Source: Blochmannia endosymbiont of Camponotus modoc (GTDB lineage: Bacteria; Pseudomonadota; Gammaproteobacteria; Enterobacterales; Enterobacteriaceae). From it: a stretch of 32,000 bases of DNA. The stretch spans positions 390,001-422,000 of the forward strand of contig NZ_CP097765.1 of assembly GCF_023585785.1 (NCBI RefSeq), given 5' to 3'. Below the pieces are notes generated by a model that made no database searches, was not told the origin of the DNA, and saw nothing but the letters and a program-made list of their open reading frames with translations. Numbering within the stretch: the first letter of the stretch is position 1; the number at the start of each line of letters is the position of its first letter. This document shows, one piece after another, positions 21,936 through 32,000 of this stretch. A program made the position numbers and the translations under genes.

Positions 21936-23630
21936 TTACTGTAAAAAATCTGGCACTACGTTCATGATTTTTAATGCATTACCCATCACTGCACTAAAAA
22001 CTGGTGCAGATACCATACTTCCATAATAATGACCATTTTTAGGATCATTTATTACTACTGCTAAAGCAAATCTGGGATTACTCGCTGGAGCTACTCCAGC
22101 AGCACATGCAATATACTTATTAATATATTTCCCATGTGATCCAACTACCTTAACAGTCCCAGTTTTTACAGCAACCCTATATCCTTTAATTGCAGATTGA
22201 CAACCACCACTTGGCAATGACACATTTTCCATCATGTCTAAAACAGTTCGCACTAAAGATCTTGGAAAAACTTGATTTCCTAATACCGAAGAAGAATCAA
22301 CTCGTATAATAGAAAGTGGTCGAGATATCCCCATTCCACCAATAGTAGCATAAACTTTAGCTAATTGTAACGGAGTAATCATTAAACCATATCCATAAGA
22401 AAAGGTGGCGCGTTCTATGTCTGACCAACATCTATTATATGGATATATCCCATTACTTTCTCCCACTAAACCTATATTTGTTGCTTTACCCATTCCAAAA
22501 TTTAAATATGTATTAACTAAAACTGCTGCAGGCATGGCTAACGCTAATTTAGAAACACCAACATTACTAGATTTTTGTAATATCTCTCTAATAGTCAATT
22601 TTCTACGATATAATACATCCTTAATTTGATGCCCATTAAGTATATAAGGTGATGTATTCATAATAGTGTCTTTTGTGATTATCTTATGTTTTAATGCAGC
22701 CATAATCACAATAGGTTTCACTGTAGAACCTGGTTCAAATGCATCAGTAATAGCACGGTTACGCATAACAGATTTATTAACAATGGACAAAAAATTGTTT
22801 GGATTATATGACGGACTGTTTGTCATAGCTAGAATTTCTCCGGTATTGATATCTATCAATACTATACTGCCGGATTCTGCTTTATTTATATGTACAGCAT
22901 TATTTAATTCACGGTATGCTAAATGTTGCAGACGTTCGTCGATACTGAGAATAATATTTTGAGCAGCTTGACCGTTATTCAAAGTAATTTCTTCAATTGC
23001 TCGACCAAATCTATCTTTTCGTATTGCTCTTGTTTTGGGTTGACCAGTCAACCAAGAATCAAAACTTTTTTCTATGCCTTCAATCCCTTGGCTATCTACA
23101 TCTGTTACTCCTACCAAATGTGCAGTTGCACGCCCAGCAGGATAATATCTTTTTGATCCTTGTTGCAAATATACTCCTGGTAATCTAAGTTGACTAATGT
23201 ATTTAGAAATAGCAGGATCAATCTGTCGTGCTAAATACAAAAAATGATCTGTAGTATGATTACTAATAAGAGATGATAGTTTATCTGATGATATAGATAA
23301 TACCTGAGATAATTCCGTCCAACGACGTATATCAGCAGTAATACCGCCATTTTTGCTAATTTCTTGAGGATCAATCCAAACCGAATCAGACGGTATACTA
23401 ATTGCCAATAGTTGACCCATTCTATCAGTAATAATACCACGAGTAGAGAGTGTGCTTTGCACGCGTAACGAACGCATGTTACCTTCATTAATTAGCTGAT
23501 CAGAATAAATAATTTGCAAAAAAGCTAATCTCAATAGCAAAATAATTAATACAAAAAAAATACAACTATACAATAAATTAAAACGTTTGCTATTTAAAAT
23601 TATTTTAAAATTGTAAGGTTTAAACTTCAT
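21936..23630 (-). CDS. ftsI: Division-specific transpeptidase FtsI (PBP3)
   Basis: An N-terminal TM anchor is followed by the penicillin-binding motifs STVK (FEPGSTVKP), SSN (KSSNVGVSK) and KTGT. It is collinear with E. coli FtsI. Confidence 0.95.
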   Translation of the reverse strand: MKFKPYNFKIILNSKRFNLLYSCIFFVLIILLLRLAFLQIIYSDQLINEGNMRSLRVQSTLSTRGIITDRMGQLLAISIPSDSVWIDPQEISKNGGITADIRRWTELSQVLSISSDKLSSLISNHTTDHFLYLARQIDPAISKYISQLRLPGVYLQQGSKRYYPAGRATAHLVGVTDVDSQGIEGIEKSFDSWLTGQPKTRAIRKDRFGRAIEEITLNNGQAAQNIILSIDERLQHLAYRELNNAVHINKAESGSIVLIDINTGEILAMTNSPSYNPNNFLSIVNKSVMRNRAITDAFEPGSTVKPIVIMAALKHKIITKDTIMNTSPYILNGHQIKDVLYRRKLTIREILQKSSNVGVSKLALAMPAAVLVNTYLNFGMGKATNIGLVGESNGIYPYNRCWSDIERATFSYGYGLMITPLQLAKVYATIGGMGISRPLSIIRVDSSSVLGNQVFPRSLVRTVLDMMENVSLPSGGCQSAIKGYRVAVKTGTVKVVGSHGKYINKYIACAAGVAPASNPRFALAVVINDPKNGHYYGSMVSAPVFSAVMGNALKIMNVVPDFLQ

Positions 23631-23715
23631 ATAGCATAAATTATATCCTCACAGGAGGAGCTATAACCATTTTTAAATAATATTTTTATTGATCACATAA
23701 ATAAATTTTTATAGA

Positions 23716-24030
23716 TTAGTACAATGTATTATCTTGAGTTAGTTCCGAGTAATGCATTTGTAATTTATCCATTGCGATACGTTCAATACGATTATGGTGA
23801 GATAATATTTTTTCTTCAAGAATTAAACTTCTCCATTCAGTATCCAAATTATTTTTTTCCAACACAAGTTTTTCACGATCTATAATCATAGATCTAGTTT
23901 GATAAGTCACTAAAACAACCAACATTGCTGATATTAATACTAACAATGACAAAAGCAATTGCCACTTACCATATAAGTATAAATCATCATAAATAATACT
24001 AACAAGATTATATTGTTTCTTTTCCGTCAT
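23716..24030 (-). CDS. ftsL: Cell division protein FtsL
   Basis: This 104-aa bitopic protein contains DREKLVLEKNNLDTEWRSLILEEKILSHHNRIERIAMDKLQM, which matches E. coli FtsL ([42 protein letters not shown]). Confidence 0.88.
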   Translation of the reverse strand: MTEKKQYNLVSIIYDDLYLYGKWQLLLSLLVLISAMLVVLVTYQTRSMIIDREKLVLEKNNLDTEWRSLILEEKILSHHNRIERIAMDKLQMHYSELTQDNTLY

Positions 24031-24032
24031 AT

Positions 24033-24989
24033 TTAGATAAGCAATTTTTCAGCGCAACGTAATATCGCACTACGAGCACGTATATTTCTTTTAATTTCTT
24101 GTTTTGAAGGTGTTAATTTTCCTATATTTTTTAATTGACACTTATTTTTATATTTACTAAATATTTGATTATTTGTTAATGGAAGCTTGGGAGGAATAGA
24201 TAAAACACAACTATGTTCACGAATGAAGTATTTTACCAATCGATCTTCTAGAGAATTAAAACTAATTACTACCAATCTGCCTCGTGGAGACAACATGACC
24301 AATGCATCTTTCAATACTTGCATTATTTCTTCTAGTTCATTATTAATGAACATTCTAATTGCTAGAAAACTTTTAGTTGCAGGATGCTTATTCATATTGC
24401 GATGCGGAATAGCATCGCAGATTAATTTAGATAAAACAATCGAGCGTATAATAGGCGTATATCGTCTTTTAGATACTATAACTTTAGCGATATTTTTTGC
24501 AAATCGTTCTTCTCCAAAAGTTTTTAAAACCCAAGTAATATTTTCTTGAGATGCCTTCGATAACCATTCAGCAGCAGATATTCCACTACTAATATCCATC
24601 CGCATATCTAGTAGACCATCTTGCATGAACGAAAATCCTCTGCTACAATCATTTATCTGAAATGTACTGATCCCTAAATCTAGTAAAATACCATCCACTG
24701 ATCCAATCAATCCTATATTTTTAACATGTTTGATCATTTTGGAAAATGAACTATGTATTATAGTAAATCTATCATCTTGTTCAGCAATGCACTTTCCAAT
24801 TTTTATAGCCAATAAATCTTTATCTATTGCTAACAAACGACCTCGTTCATTTAATTGAGATAAAATTAATTTAGAATGACCTCCTGATCCAAACGTTCCG
24901 TCAATATATATTCCTGTTGCTTTAATATTCAATGATTGTATCGCTTCATTTAGCAATACGCTTTTATGGCTGTAGTGAATATAGAACAT
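24033..24989 (-). CDS. rsmH: 16S rRNA (cytosine1402-N4)-methyltransferase
   Basis: HKSVLLNEAIQSLNIKATGIYIDGTFGSGGHS (SAM-binding) matches E. coli RsmH/MraW. The track start at 25016 is GTG. The ATG at 24989 matches the E. coli N-terminal length. Confidence 0.93.
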   Translation of the reverse strand: MFYIHYSHKSVLLNEAIQSLNIKATGIYIDGTFGSGGHSKLILSQLNERGRLLAIDKDLLAIKIGKCIAEQDDRFTIIHSSFSKMIKHVKNIGLIGSVDGILLDLGISTFQINDCSRGFSFMQDGLLDMRMDISSGISAAEWLSKASQENITWVLKTFGEERFAKNIAKVIVSKRRYTPIIRSIVLSKLICDAIPHRNMNKHPATKSFLAIRMFINNELEEIMQVLKDALVMLSPRGRLVVISFNSLEDRLVKYFIREHSCVLSIPPKLPLTNNQIFSKYKNKCQLKNIGKLTPSKQEIKRNIRARSAILRCAEKLLI

Positions 24990-25281
24990 GTATATAATAA
25001 TAAAATATAGATGCACACGTTTGTGTGTTTCATGAACAAAATACTTAATAATAAAAAACTATTAGCCACGCAACTTTCTATGTTTCATACTACTAAGCGT
25101 TTATATGAATGCAATTGGAATATATTTCCTGCCTTATATTCAAAACATAAAATTTGCAGTTTACAATCTAAAAAATTCATAAAAAATTTTATCATTGTCA
25201 ATGATGATAACACAAAAAAATCAATCTTAAAAATATTATAACGCTGTTATATTAACATGTTACTTCTAATAGTATTAATAG

Positions 25282-25311
25282 TTGACAAACGATATTTAAT
25301 AGACTTAAAAT
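25282..25311 (+). promoter_or_regulatory. Candidate sigma-70 promoter for the leu operon
   Basis: A perfect -35 TTGACA (25282-25287), an 18-nt spacer and -10 TAAAAT (25306-25311) lie about 115 nt upstream of leuA. The -10 match has little weight in such AT-rich DNA, but the perfect -35 hexamer is less expected. Confidence 0.3.
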
Positions 25312-25428
25312 AAATTTAATGTAATAAATTATTATTTAAAATCTGATATTATTGGTTCACAATCAGTATGCCATTAATTAAAATATTATATACATATCCA
25401 TCCTAACATTCATGAGACGTGGATGATC

Positions 25429-26985
25429 ATGAGTCAGAAAGTCATTATTTTCGATACAACTTTACGGGACGGTGAACAAGCTCTACAAGCGAGTTTAAAC
25501 GTAAAGGAAAAATTGCAAATTGCTTTTGCTTTAGAACGATTAGGGGTAGATATTATGGAAGTTGGATTTCCGATATCTTCTCCAGGAGATTTTGAATCGG
25601 TTCATACAATAGCTCAACAAATAAAAAATAGTTTAGTATGCGCCTTGGCTAGATGTATTGATAACGATATTGATGTTGCAGCTGAAGCGTTAAAAGTTGC
25701 AAAAAATTTTCGTATTCATATATTCTTACCCACTTCAAACGTACATATTCAATCTAAATTGAAAAAAAACTTTGATCAGATTATAGACATGACCGTTCAT
25801 GCGATACGTTATGCAAGAAAATACACTGATGACATAGAGTTTTCTTGCGAAGATGCTGGACGCACCAATATAGATAATTTATGTCGTATTGTTGAAATTG
25901 CTATTCAATCCGGAGCAAGCACAATTAATATTCCTGATACAGTGGGCTACACCACCCCATATCAGTTTGGACAAATTATTACGTCTTTATATAATCGTGT
26001 CCCTATTATTGATAAAGCTATCATTTCTGTTCATTGTCATGATGATTTAGGAATGGCAGTTGGTAATTCTATTTCAGCTATACAGGCAGGAGCTCGTCAA
26101 ATTGAAGGTACTATAAATGGTATTGGTGAACGAGCAGGAAATACTGCTCTAGAAGAAATAATTATGGCCATCAAAGTACGAGAAGATTTACTGAACGTAT
26201 ATACTAATGTTCGTTGCCAAGAAATTTATAGAGCTAGTCAAGTAGTTAGTCAATTGTGTAATATCCCTATCCCAGCTAATAAAGCAATAGTTGGCTCCAA
26301 TGCTTTCTCTCATTCTGCAGGTATTCATCAAGATGGTATATTAAAAAACAGAAAAAATTATGAAATTATGACCCCTGAAACTATTGGTTTAAAAGATGTC
26401 AAATTAAATCTCACATCTCGATCTGGAAGAGCGGCAGTAAAACATCATATGAAAATAATGGGTTATCAAGAAAGTGATTATGACATGGATAAGTTATATG
26501 ATGTTTTTTTAGAATTAGCAGATAAAAAAGGACAAGTATTTGATTATGATCTAGAAGCATTAGCATTCATTAATAATCAACAAGAACAGTCAGAATTCTT
26601 CAGATTAAAATGTTTTCATGTAGATTCTAGCTCTTCTGGAATTGCTCACGCTTCAGTAAAATTATATTGTGGAAACAACACATGCACTCATTCGTCGAGT
26701 GGTAATGGACCAATAGATGCAATTTATGAAGCGTTAACTCACATTTCTAAGTTATCTATAAATTTAGAAAGATATCAACTGAATGCAAAAGGACATGGTC
26801 GTAACGCGTTAGGACAAGTGGATATTGTTGTATCGTATGAAGGACGCAATTTTCATGGAGTTGGATTAGATACAGATGTAATAGGATCTTCAGTAAAAGC
26901 CATGATTCATGTTTTAAATAATATTTGGCGCGCGAAACAAGTGATAATGCAACGCAAATATATAAAAAAAAATAATAATCAGTAA
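25429..26985 (+). CDS. leuA: 2-isopropylmalate synthase
   Basis: [36 protein letters not shown] and a C-terminal LeuA dimerisation/regulatory domain are present. It is collinear with E. coli LeuA. An in-frame ATG two codons upstream (25423) is an alternative start. Confidence 0.96.
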   Translation: MSQKVIIFDTTLRDGEQALQASLNVKEKLQIAFALERLGVDIMEVGFPISSPGDFESVHTIAQQIKNSLVCALARCIDNDIDVAAEALKVAKNFRIHIFLPTSNVHIQSKLKKNFDQIIDMTVHAIRYARKYTDDIEFSCEDAGRTNIDNLCRIVEIAIQSGASTINIPDTVGYTTPYQFGQIITSLYNRVPIIDKAIISVHCHDDLGMAVGNSISAIQAGARQIEGTINGIGERAGNTALEEIIMAIKVREDLLNVYTNVRCQEIYRASQVVSQLCNIPIPANKAIVGSNAFSHSAGIHQDGILKNRKNYEIMTPETIGLKDVKLNLTSRSGRAAVKHHMKIMGYQESDYDMDKLYDVFLELADKKGQVFDYDLEALAFINNQQEQSEFFRLKCFHVDSSSSGIAHASVKLYCGNNTCTHSSSGNGPIDAIYEALTHISKLSINLERYQLNAKGHGRNALGQVDIVVSYEGRNFHGVGLDTDVIGSSVKAMIHVLNNIWRAKQVIMQRKYIKKNNNQ

Positions 26986-27005
26986 TTTGGAAAACCTAAA
27001 TACTT

Positions 27006-28106
27006 ATGAATAATAATTATCATATTGCAGTATTACCAGGGGATGGTATCGGACCGGAAACTACAAGACAAGTTTATAAAACTTTAAATGTAATAAAAAA
27101 ACAATTTCAAATCAATATTGTCACCACAGAACATAAAATAGGAGGAGATGCAATTAATAGCGAAGGCACTCCTTTTCCGAATAGTACTTTAAAATATTGC
27201 GAACAATCAGATGCTATATTATTTGGAGCAGTAGGAGGGCCACAGTGGACACATTTAACAGGATCAGAAAGACCGGAACAAGGAGCTTTATTAGCTTTAC
27301 GCAAGCACTTTAATTTATTCGCTAATTTAAGACCTATATATCTTGCTGATGCATTAAAAGAATTATCTCCTTTAAATACAAACATCATTCCAAATGGAAT
27401 TGATATTATATTCGTACGTGAGTTAACCGGAGGTATTTATTTTGGTAAACCACAAGGACGTTCAGGAACAGGTTTAAATGAATATGCTTTTGATACTGCA
27501 ATTTATCATCGCTTTGAAATAGAACGTATTGCCAACATTGCTTTTAAATTAGCTCAAAAAAGACGTAAACGTGTGTCTTCTGTAGACAAAGCTAACGTGC
27601 TGCATACTTCTATGTTATGGAGAGAAGTGGTATCACATCTTGCAAAAAATTATCCAGATGTTGAATTAGAACATTTATACATTGATAATGCTAGCATGCA
27701 ATTAATAAACAATCCTTCTAAATTTGATATTATTCTATGTCCAAATTTATTTGGAGACATTCTATCTGATGAATGTGCTATGATAAGTGGATCCATTGGT
27801 ATGCTACCTTCTGCTAGTATTAATGAACACAATTTTGGTTTGTATGAACCTGCCGGAGGATCAGCTCCGGATATTGCAGGAAAAAATATCGCTAATCCTA
27901 TCGCACATATTCTTTCTGCTGCGTTATTATTTAGACATAGTTTAAAATTAGATTATATTGCAATTGAAATTGAAAAAGCAGTTGCTCAAGCATTAATGTT
28001 AGGATATCGAACTATTGATATAGCAAAAAAACACGAAAAAAGCATAAGCACCAATAAAATGGGTGATATTATAGCTGCGTTAATTAAAAACGAAAGAGAA
28101 AAATAA
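27006..28106 (+). CDS. leuB: 3-isopropylmalate dehydrogenase
   Basis: [26 protein letters not shown] and [25 protein letters not shown] are near-identical to E. coli LeuB. Confidence 0.97.
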   Translation: MNNNYHIAVLPGDGIGPETTRQVYKTLNVIKKQFQINIVTTEHKIGGDAINSEGTPFPNSTLKYCEQSDAILFGAVGGPQWTHLTGSERPEQGALLALRKHFNLFANLRPIYLADALKELSPLNTNIIPNGIDIIFVRELTGGIYFGKPQGRSGTGLNEYAFDTAIYHRFEIERIANIAFKLAQKRRKRVSSVDKANVLHTSMLWREVVSHLAKNYPDVELEHLYIDNASMQLINNPSKFDIILCPNLFGDILSDECAMISGSIGMLPSASINEHNFGLYEPAGGSAPDIAGKNIANPIAHILSAALLFRHSLKLDYIAIEIEKAVAQALMLGYRTIDIAKKHEKSISTNKMGDIIAALIKNEREK

Positions 28107-28107
28107 T

Positions 28108-29508
28108 ATGGGAAAATCCTTATACCAGAAGTTATACGATGCACATATAGTTTATGAAAATAAAGATGATGTTCCAATATTATATATTGATAGACATTTA
28201 TTACATGAAGTTACATCACCCCAAGCTTTTGAAGCACTACGTCTAAGAAAACGTATAGTTAGACAACCAAATAAAACATTTGCCACTATGGATCATAATG
28301 TCCCCACTACAACAAAAAATATTAATCATTCTGGAAGCATGGCTAAAGAGCAATTAGATAGATTAACAAAAAATTGTAAAGATTTTGGAATTACGTTATT
28401 TGGTTTAAATCATCCTTATCAAGGAATAGTTCATGTTTTAGCGCCAGAGCAAGGTATCACATTACCCGGTATGACTATCGTGTGCGGAGATTCTCATACT
28501 GCTACTCATGGAGCTTTTGGTGCTTTAGCTTTTGGGATAGGAACATCAGAGATAGAACATGTGTTAGCAACACAAACTTTACAACAAACTCGATATAAAT
28601 CAATGCAAATTAACCTTTCAGGTATTATCGCTCCTCAAATTACAGCCAAAGATATAATTTTAGCAATTATTGGAAAAATTGGGCATGGGGGAGGATCCGG
28701 TCATGTAGTAGAGTTTTGTGGACCTGTTATCACGCTCTTAAGCATGGAAGAACGCATGACCCTTTGTAATATGGCTATTGAAATGGGAGCAACTTCTGCT
28801 TTAATAGCACCAGATAAAACTACTTACGATTATTTAAAAAACCGTAAATTTTCTCCAACCGGAAAGGATTGGGAACAAGCTTTATTATATTGGAAAACTT
28901 TATATTCCGACCACGATGCTCACTTCGATAAAAACTTTGATTTTGACGTATCTAATGTTAATCCACAAGTAACCTGGGGAACTAATCCTAGTCAAGTTAT
29001 CTCTATTGACCAACCGATCCCATCTCTAGAATCTTTTATAGATCCTATAGAACGCAATTCTGCTGAACGTGCTTTAATTTACATGGAACTTCAATCCAAT
29101 ACTTATTTAACAGATGTTTCTATTGATAAAGTATTCATAGGGTCATGCACTAACTCACGTATTGAAGATTTACGTATAGCGGCACAAACAATTAAAGGGC
29201 ATCATATTTCCGAAAATACACAAGCCATTGTAGTACCCGGATCTAAGTTAGTAAAAAATCAAGCAGAAAAAGAAGGATTAAATAAGATCTTCATACAAGC
29301 AGGATTCGAGTGGCGTTTACCTGGTTGTTCTATGTGTTTAGCTATGAATAATGATAGACTCGAAGCAGGTGAGCGATGTGCTTCTACTAGCAACCGGAAC
29401 TTTGAAGGTCGCCAAGGGCGTGGAAGTCGTACTCATTTAGTTAGTCCAGCAATGGCGGCAGCCGCCGCCATTGCTGGACGCTTTGTAGATATTCGAAAAT
29501 TTAAATGA
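28108..29508 (+). CDS. leuC: 3-isopropylmalate dehydratase large subunit
   Basis: [28 protein letters not shown] and the Fe-S ligand regions [11 protein letters not shown] and [10 protein letters not shown] are present. It starts 1 nt after the leuB stop. Confidence 0.97.
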   Translation: MGKSLYQKLYDAHIVYENKDDVPILYIDRHLLHEVTSPQAFEALRLRKRIVRQPNKTFATMDHNVPTTTKNINHSGSMAKEQLDRLTKNCKDFGITLFGLNHPYQGIVHVLAPEQGITLPGMTIVCGDSHTATHGAFGALAFGIGTSEIEHVLATQTLQQTRYKSMQINLSGIIAPQITAKDIILAIIGKIGHGGGSGHVVEFCGPVITLLSMEERMTLCNMAIEMGATSALIAPDKTTYDYLKNRKFSPTGKDWEQALLYWKTLYSDHDAHFDKNFDFDVSNVNPQVTWGTNPSQVISIDQPIPSLESFIDPIERNSAERALIYMELQSNTYLTDVSIDKVFIGSCTNSRIEDLRIAAQTIKGHHISENTQAIVVPGSKLVKNQAEKEGLNKIFIQAGFEWRLPGCSMCLAMNNDRLEAGERCASTSNRNFEGRQGRGSRTHLVSPAMAAAAAIAGRFVDIRKFK

Positions 29509-29533
29509 TATATATAGGACATATAACGTACAT

Positions 29534-30142
29534 ATGATTCAATTTATTCAACATACTGGTATAGTTCTACCGCTTGATATTTCTGATATCGATACTGATA
29601 CTATAATCCCAAAACAATTTTTAAAAGCTACTACTCGCTCTGATTTTGGATTATACTTGTTTTTTGATTGGCGCTTTCTTGAAAATACACCTAAAATCTT
29701 AAATCCCAATTTCATATTAAATGATCCGAATTATAAACATGCTAGCATTTTGCTAACCCAAAGAAATTTTGGATGTGGATCATCTCGCGAACATGCAGTA
29801 TGGGCACTCATGGATTATGGATTCAAAGTTATCATAGCTCCAAGTTTTGCAGATATTTTTCATAAAAATAGTTTTAATAATCGCTTATTGCTTATAACTT
29901 TATCAGAATTAAAAATAAATGATTTATTTAAAGAAATTTCAACACAAAAAAAAGGTATATCTTTTACTGTGAATTTACGCGAACAAATTATTTATGTACA
30001 TAACAAAAAAAAGTGTTTTTTTGAAATAAATGACTTCCATAGACGTTGTATGCTTAATAAAATAGACAATATTAGCTTAACTTTACAATACGATGCTGCT
30101 ATTAAAAAATATGAAAATAATCAACCATCATATTTAAAATAA
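29534..30142 (+). CDS. leuD: 3-isopropylmalate dehydratase small subunit
   Basis: [12 protein letters not shown] and [15 protein letters not shown] are present. The product is 202 aa versus 201 aa in E. coli. Confidence 0.95.
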   Translation: MIQFIQHTGIVLPLDISDIDTDTIIPKQFLKATTRSDFGLYLFFDWRFLENTPKILNPNFILNDPNYKHASILLTQRNFGCGSSREHAVWALMDYGFKVIIAPSFADIFHKNSFNNRLLLITLSELKINDLFKEISTQKKGISFTVNLREQIIYVHNKKKCFFEINDFHRRCMLNKIDNISLTLQYDAAIKKYENNQPSYLK

Positions 30143-30332
30143 ATTGTAATAATAAAAATACAAACGTATTAGCATGCATGTGTATGAAAAAAATTTCAAA
30201 ATAGTATGGATTAAAATAATTAAAAAATTAATATCAAAATTATTAGGAAATATATATTAAAATAATACGAATCAAATATTGATATACTCTTATATTGCAT
30301 GTAAATGCAATAATATAAACATAATCTAAAAT

Positions 30333-30366
30333 GATAGACATTGACTGCTATCTGTTTTTATTTTTA
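30333..30366 (+). terminator. Weak candidate intrinsic terminator downstream of leuD
   Basis: An imperfect hairpin GATAG(a)CA ttgac TG CTATC (30333-30352) is followed by TGTTTTTATTTTTAT. The stem is short and bulged, and it lies about 190 nt past the leuD stop. Confidence 0.25.
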
Positions 30367-30710
30367 TATCACTTAATTAAAAAATGATTTATATAAATAT
30401 TTCAATAAATGAAGTCTATTATCAGAAATTAATATTTATTACTAAAAAATGGCGTATGTAAACCAGTAAAATTACAAAATAATTCGAATTTCATGTTACT
30501 CTAAGAAACGCGTGTTAGTATGTTTTTTCACATTTAAATGAACCAATATCTATATAGATACAAAACATAAAAACTCATTACTCATTAATTTATAAAAAAT
30601 ATTTAAAAAATCATGATAATTAATTAATAAGATAATACTCAGTAATAAATATACCATATAATATACTTATTTATCCAAGCATAAAGAGTTCACATTCTTT
30701 TTTAAGCAAC

Positions 30711-32000
30711 ATGTATCAAAATAGTTTAATCAATGATTATTCAGTTTTTTTTAAAAACACTATCATTAATTCAATTTTTATAATATTTTTTACTCAATTT
30801 TATTTTTTGGCTCATGCATCTAATTGTCTGCAAATTCCTATAATCAACAATCTCTTTTCTATTGATCAACCCATCTATGTGTCATCCGATGAACTAGATA
30901 TTTATTATCCTAATAAAATTCAGTTTTCTGGAGATGTCAATATGAAACAAGACAATAACATTTTCATGTCCGACAAATTAATAATATCACTTAACGAAAA
31001 AAACGAATTATCATACAATACACTGTATGCTTGTGGCCATGTTAGCTATAACAACAACTATATTATATTAACTGGATCCCATGCTTGGATTAATTTTTAT
31101 AATAAAAATATAGATATTCATGAAGGAACATATCATTTCTTAGAACCCCCTATTCATGGAACAGCAAATTCTATAATGCAAAGAGGAAAAAATCGTTATA
31201 CTATTGTCAAGAAAGGCAAGTGTACTTCTTGTGTTTCAAACAAAAATTATTGGAACATAACAGGATCAGAAATGCTTTATGATCATCATAAACATAACAT
31301 AGATGTATGGAATGCTTGTCTTAAAATAAAAAAAATACCAATATTCTATAGCCCTTATTTGTCACTATCTTTACATCAAAATAATGTCTTAGGGCACTAC
31401 ATACCTGATATTAAATACAGTAGCAAACATGGATTAATCTTTAAAATACCTTACCCTATTAATTTCTCAAAACACTACTCGGGCAGCATCTCTCCATGTT
31501 ATATATCTAACCTAGGAACAAAATTAGAAACAGAAATACGTTACTCAATTAAACCAGGAACTGGATTATTAATTCTAGATCTCGTAGAAAATAATAAAAT
31601 GTGCAATGAAAAATTTCCCAACAATTATCATAACAGATATTGGCAATTATATTGGAAACATAATGGTATTATGAATAAAAAATGGCATCTTAATTCTCAT
31701 TATATCTCAACTACAGGTTCCAATAATTATATTGAAAATGTCAATATACCAACATACACACACTCTAATAATAATTGTATGAACCAAAAAATACTGTGCA
31801 ATTATACTGATAAAAATTGGAACGCTAATTTATCTTATTTTGGTATCACGAATATTAATATCACGACAATTAAAGACTGTTATAATTACAACGAATCGTT
31901 CCAGCTAGAATTACATTCATATTATGATAACATCAAGCATAAACCATTGAATTTAAAGTTATTTAGTCAAATAACCCAATTTATACCTGTAAATTATCAT
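30711..32000 (+). CDS. lptD: LPS-assembly outer-membrane protein LptD (Imp/OstA), N-terminal 430 codons; 3' end lies outside the window
   Basis: This ORF is not in the supplied track because it has no stop within the window. My manual translation from ATG 30711 is open to base 32000. It shows a signal-like N-terminus (..FYFLAHA/SNC), MQRGKNRYTI, CTSC and IPIFYSPYLSL, matching E. coli LptD MKQRGENRYTI, FTSC and VPIFYSPYLQL. Start codon choice is uncertain. Confidence 0.85.
   Translation, partial: MYQNSLINDYSVFFKNTIINSIFIIFFTQFYFLAHASNCLQIPIINNLFSIDQPIYVSSDELDIYYPNKIQFSGDVNMKQDNNIFMSDKLIISLNEKNELSYNTLYACGHVSYNNNYIILTGSHAWINFYNKNIDIHEGTYHFLEPPIHGTANSIMQRGKNRYTIVKKGKCTSCVSNKNYWNITGSEMLYDHHKHNIDVWNACLKIKKIPIFYSPYLSLSLHQNNVLGHYIPDIKYSSKHGLIFKIPYPINFSKHYSGSISPCYISNLGTKLETEIRYSIKPGTGLLILDLVENNKMCNEKFPNNYHNRYWQLYWKHNGIMNKKWHLNSHYISTTGSNNYIENVNIPTYTHSNNNCMNQKILCNYTDKNWNANLSYFGITNINITTIKDCYNYNESFQLELHSYYDNIKHKPLNLKLFSQITQFIPVNYH

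Noticed and set aside
25011-25241. A 76-aa plus-strand ORF in the rsmH-leuA spacer.
   Set aside because: It is Lys/Asn/Ile-rich and low complexity, with no Shine-Dalgarno motif. It overlaps the likely dcw promoter region and does not resemble MraZ, LeuO or any family I recognise. It would be on the wrong strand for mraZ.
25368-25406. A 12-codon uORF ([12 protein letters not shown]) just upstream of leuA, considered as a possible leu leader peptide.
   Set aside because: It has only two Leu codons, which are not consecutive, and no terminator or antiterminator hairpins follow. Classical leuL has a run of Leu codons plus an intrinsic terminator.
1-32000. A search for CRISPR arrays, IS or transposase genes, phage or integrase genes, toxin-antitoxin pairs, defence or secretion cassettes, and tandem or dispersed repeat families.
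   Set aside because: None were found. Every ORF longer than about 100 aa that is not a shadow ORF has a clear housekeeping orthologue. The long palindromes share no sequence with each other, so they are not a dispersed repeat family.

Overview
This is a very AT-rich, gene-dense window of conserved housekeeping genes. The proteins are Lys/Asn/Ile-rich and nearly collinear with Escherichia coli K-12 orthologues. That pattern fits a reduced gammaproteobacterial (Enterobacterales-derived) insect endosymbiont. A chromosomal leuABCD together with lpxC, lptD and a full divisome looks more Blochmannia-like than Buchnera-like, but I cannot confirm the taxon without a database search.

Gene order is: lpdA (3' end, +), a 1.7 kb ORF-free spacer, folK and dksA (-), coaE (+), secA (-), lpxC, then the dcw cluster on the minus strand (ftsZ-ftsA-ftsQ-murC-murG-ftsW-murD-mraY-murF-murE-ftsI-ftsL-rsmH). 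This is followed by divergent leuABCD (+) and the 5' 430 codons of lptD (+), which run off the window.

I found no tRNA, rRNA, CRISPR array, IS or phage genes, and no unassigned multi-gene cassette. I therefore do not see a novel protein-encoded system here.

The points worth a second look are non-coding or involve gene loss:
- A cluster of abutting perfect palindromes (28 bp, 48 bp and 10 bp) lies in the dksA/coaE divergent spacer, which is also an inversion breakpoint relative to E. coli.
- Two further statistically improbable long hairpins sit in other spacers.
- ddlB, mraZ, secM, mutT, pcnB and the leu leader are absent from their syntenic positions.
- LpxC ends before the enterobacterial FtsH-degron tail.
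- Several in-frame 9-nt homopolymer tracts occur inside essential genes.

Several starts in the ORF track are GTG/TTG extensions. I moved these to conserved ATG starts where homology, a Shine-Dalgarno motif or a stop/start overlap supported the change.
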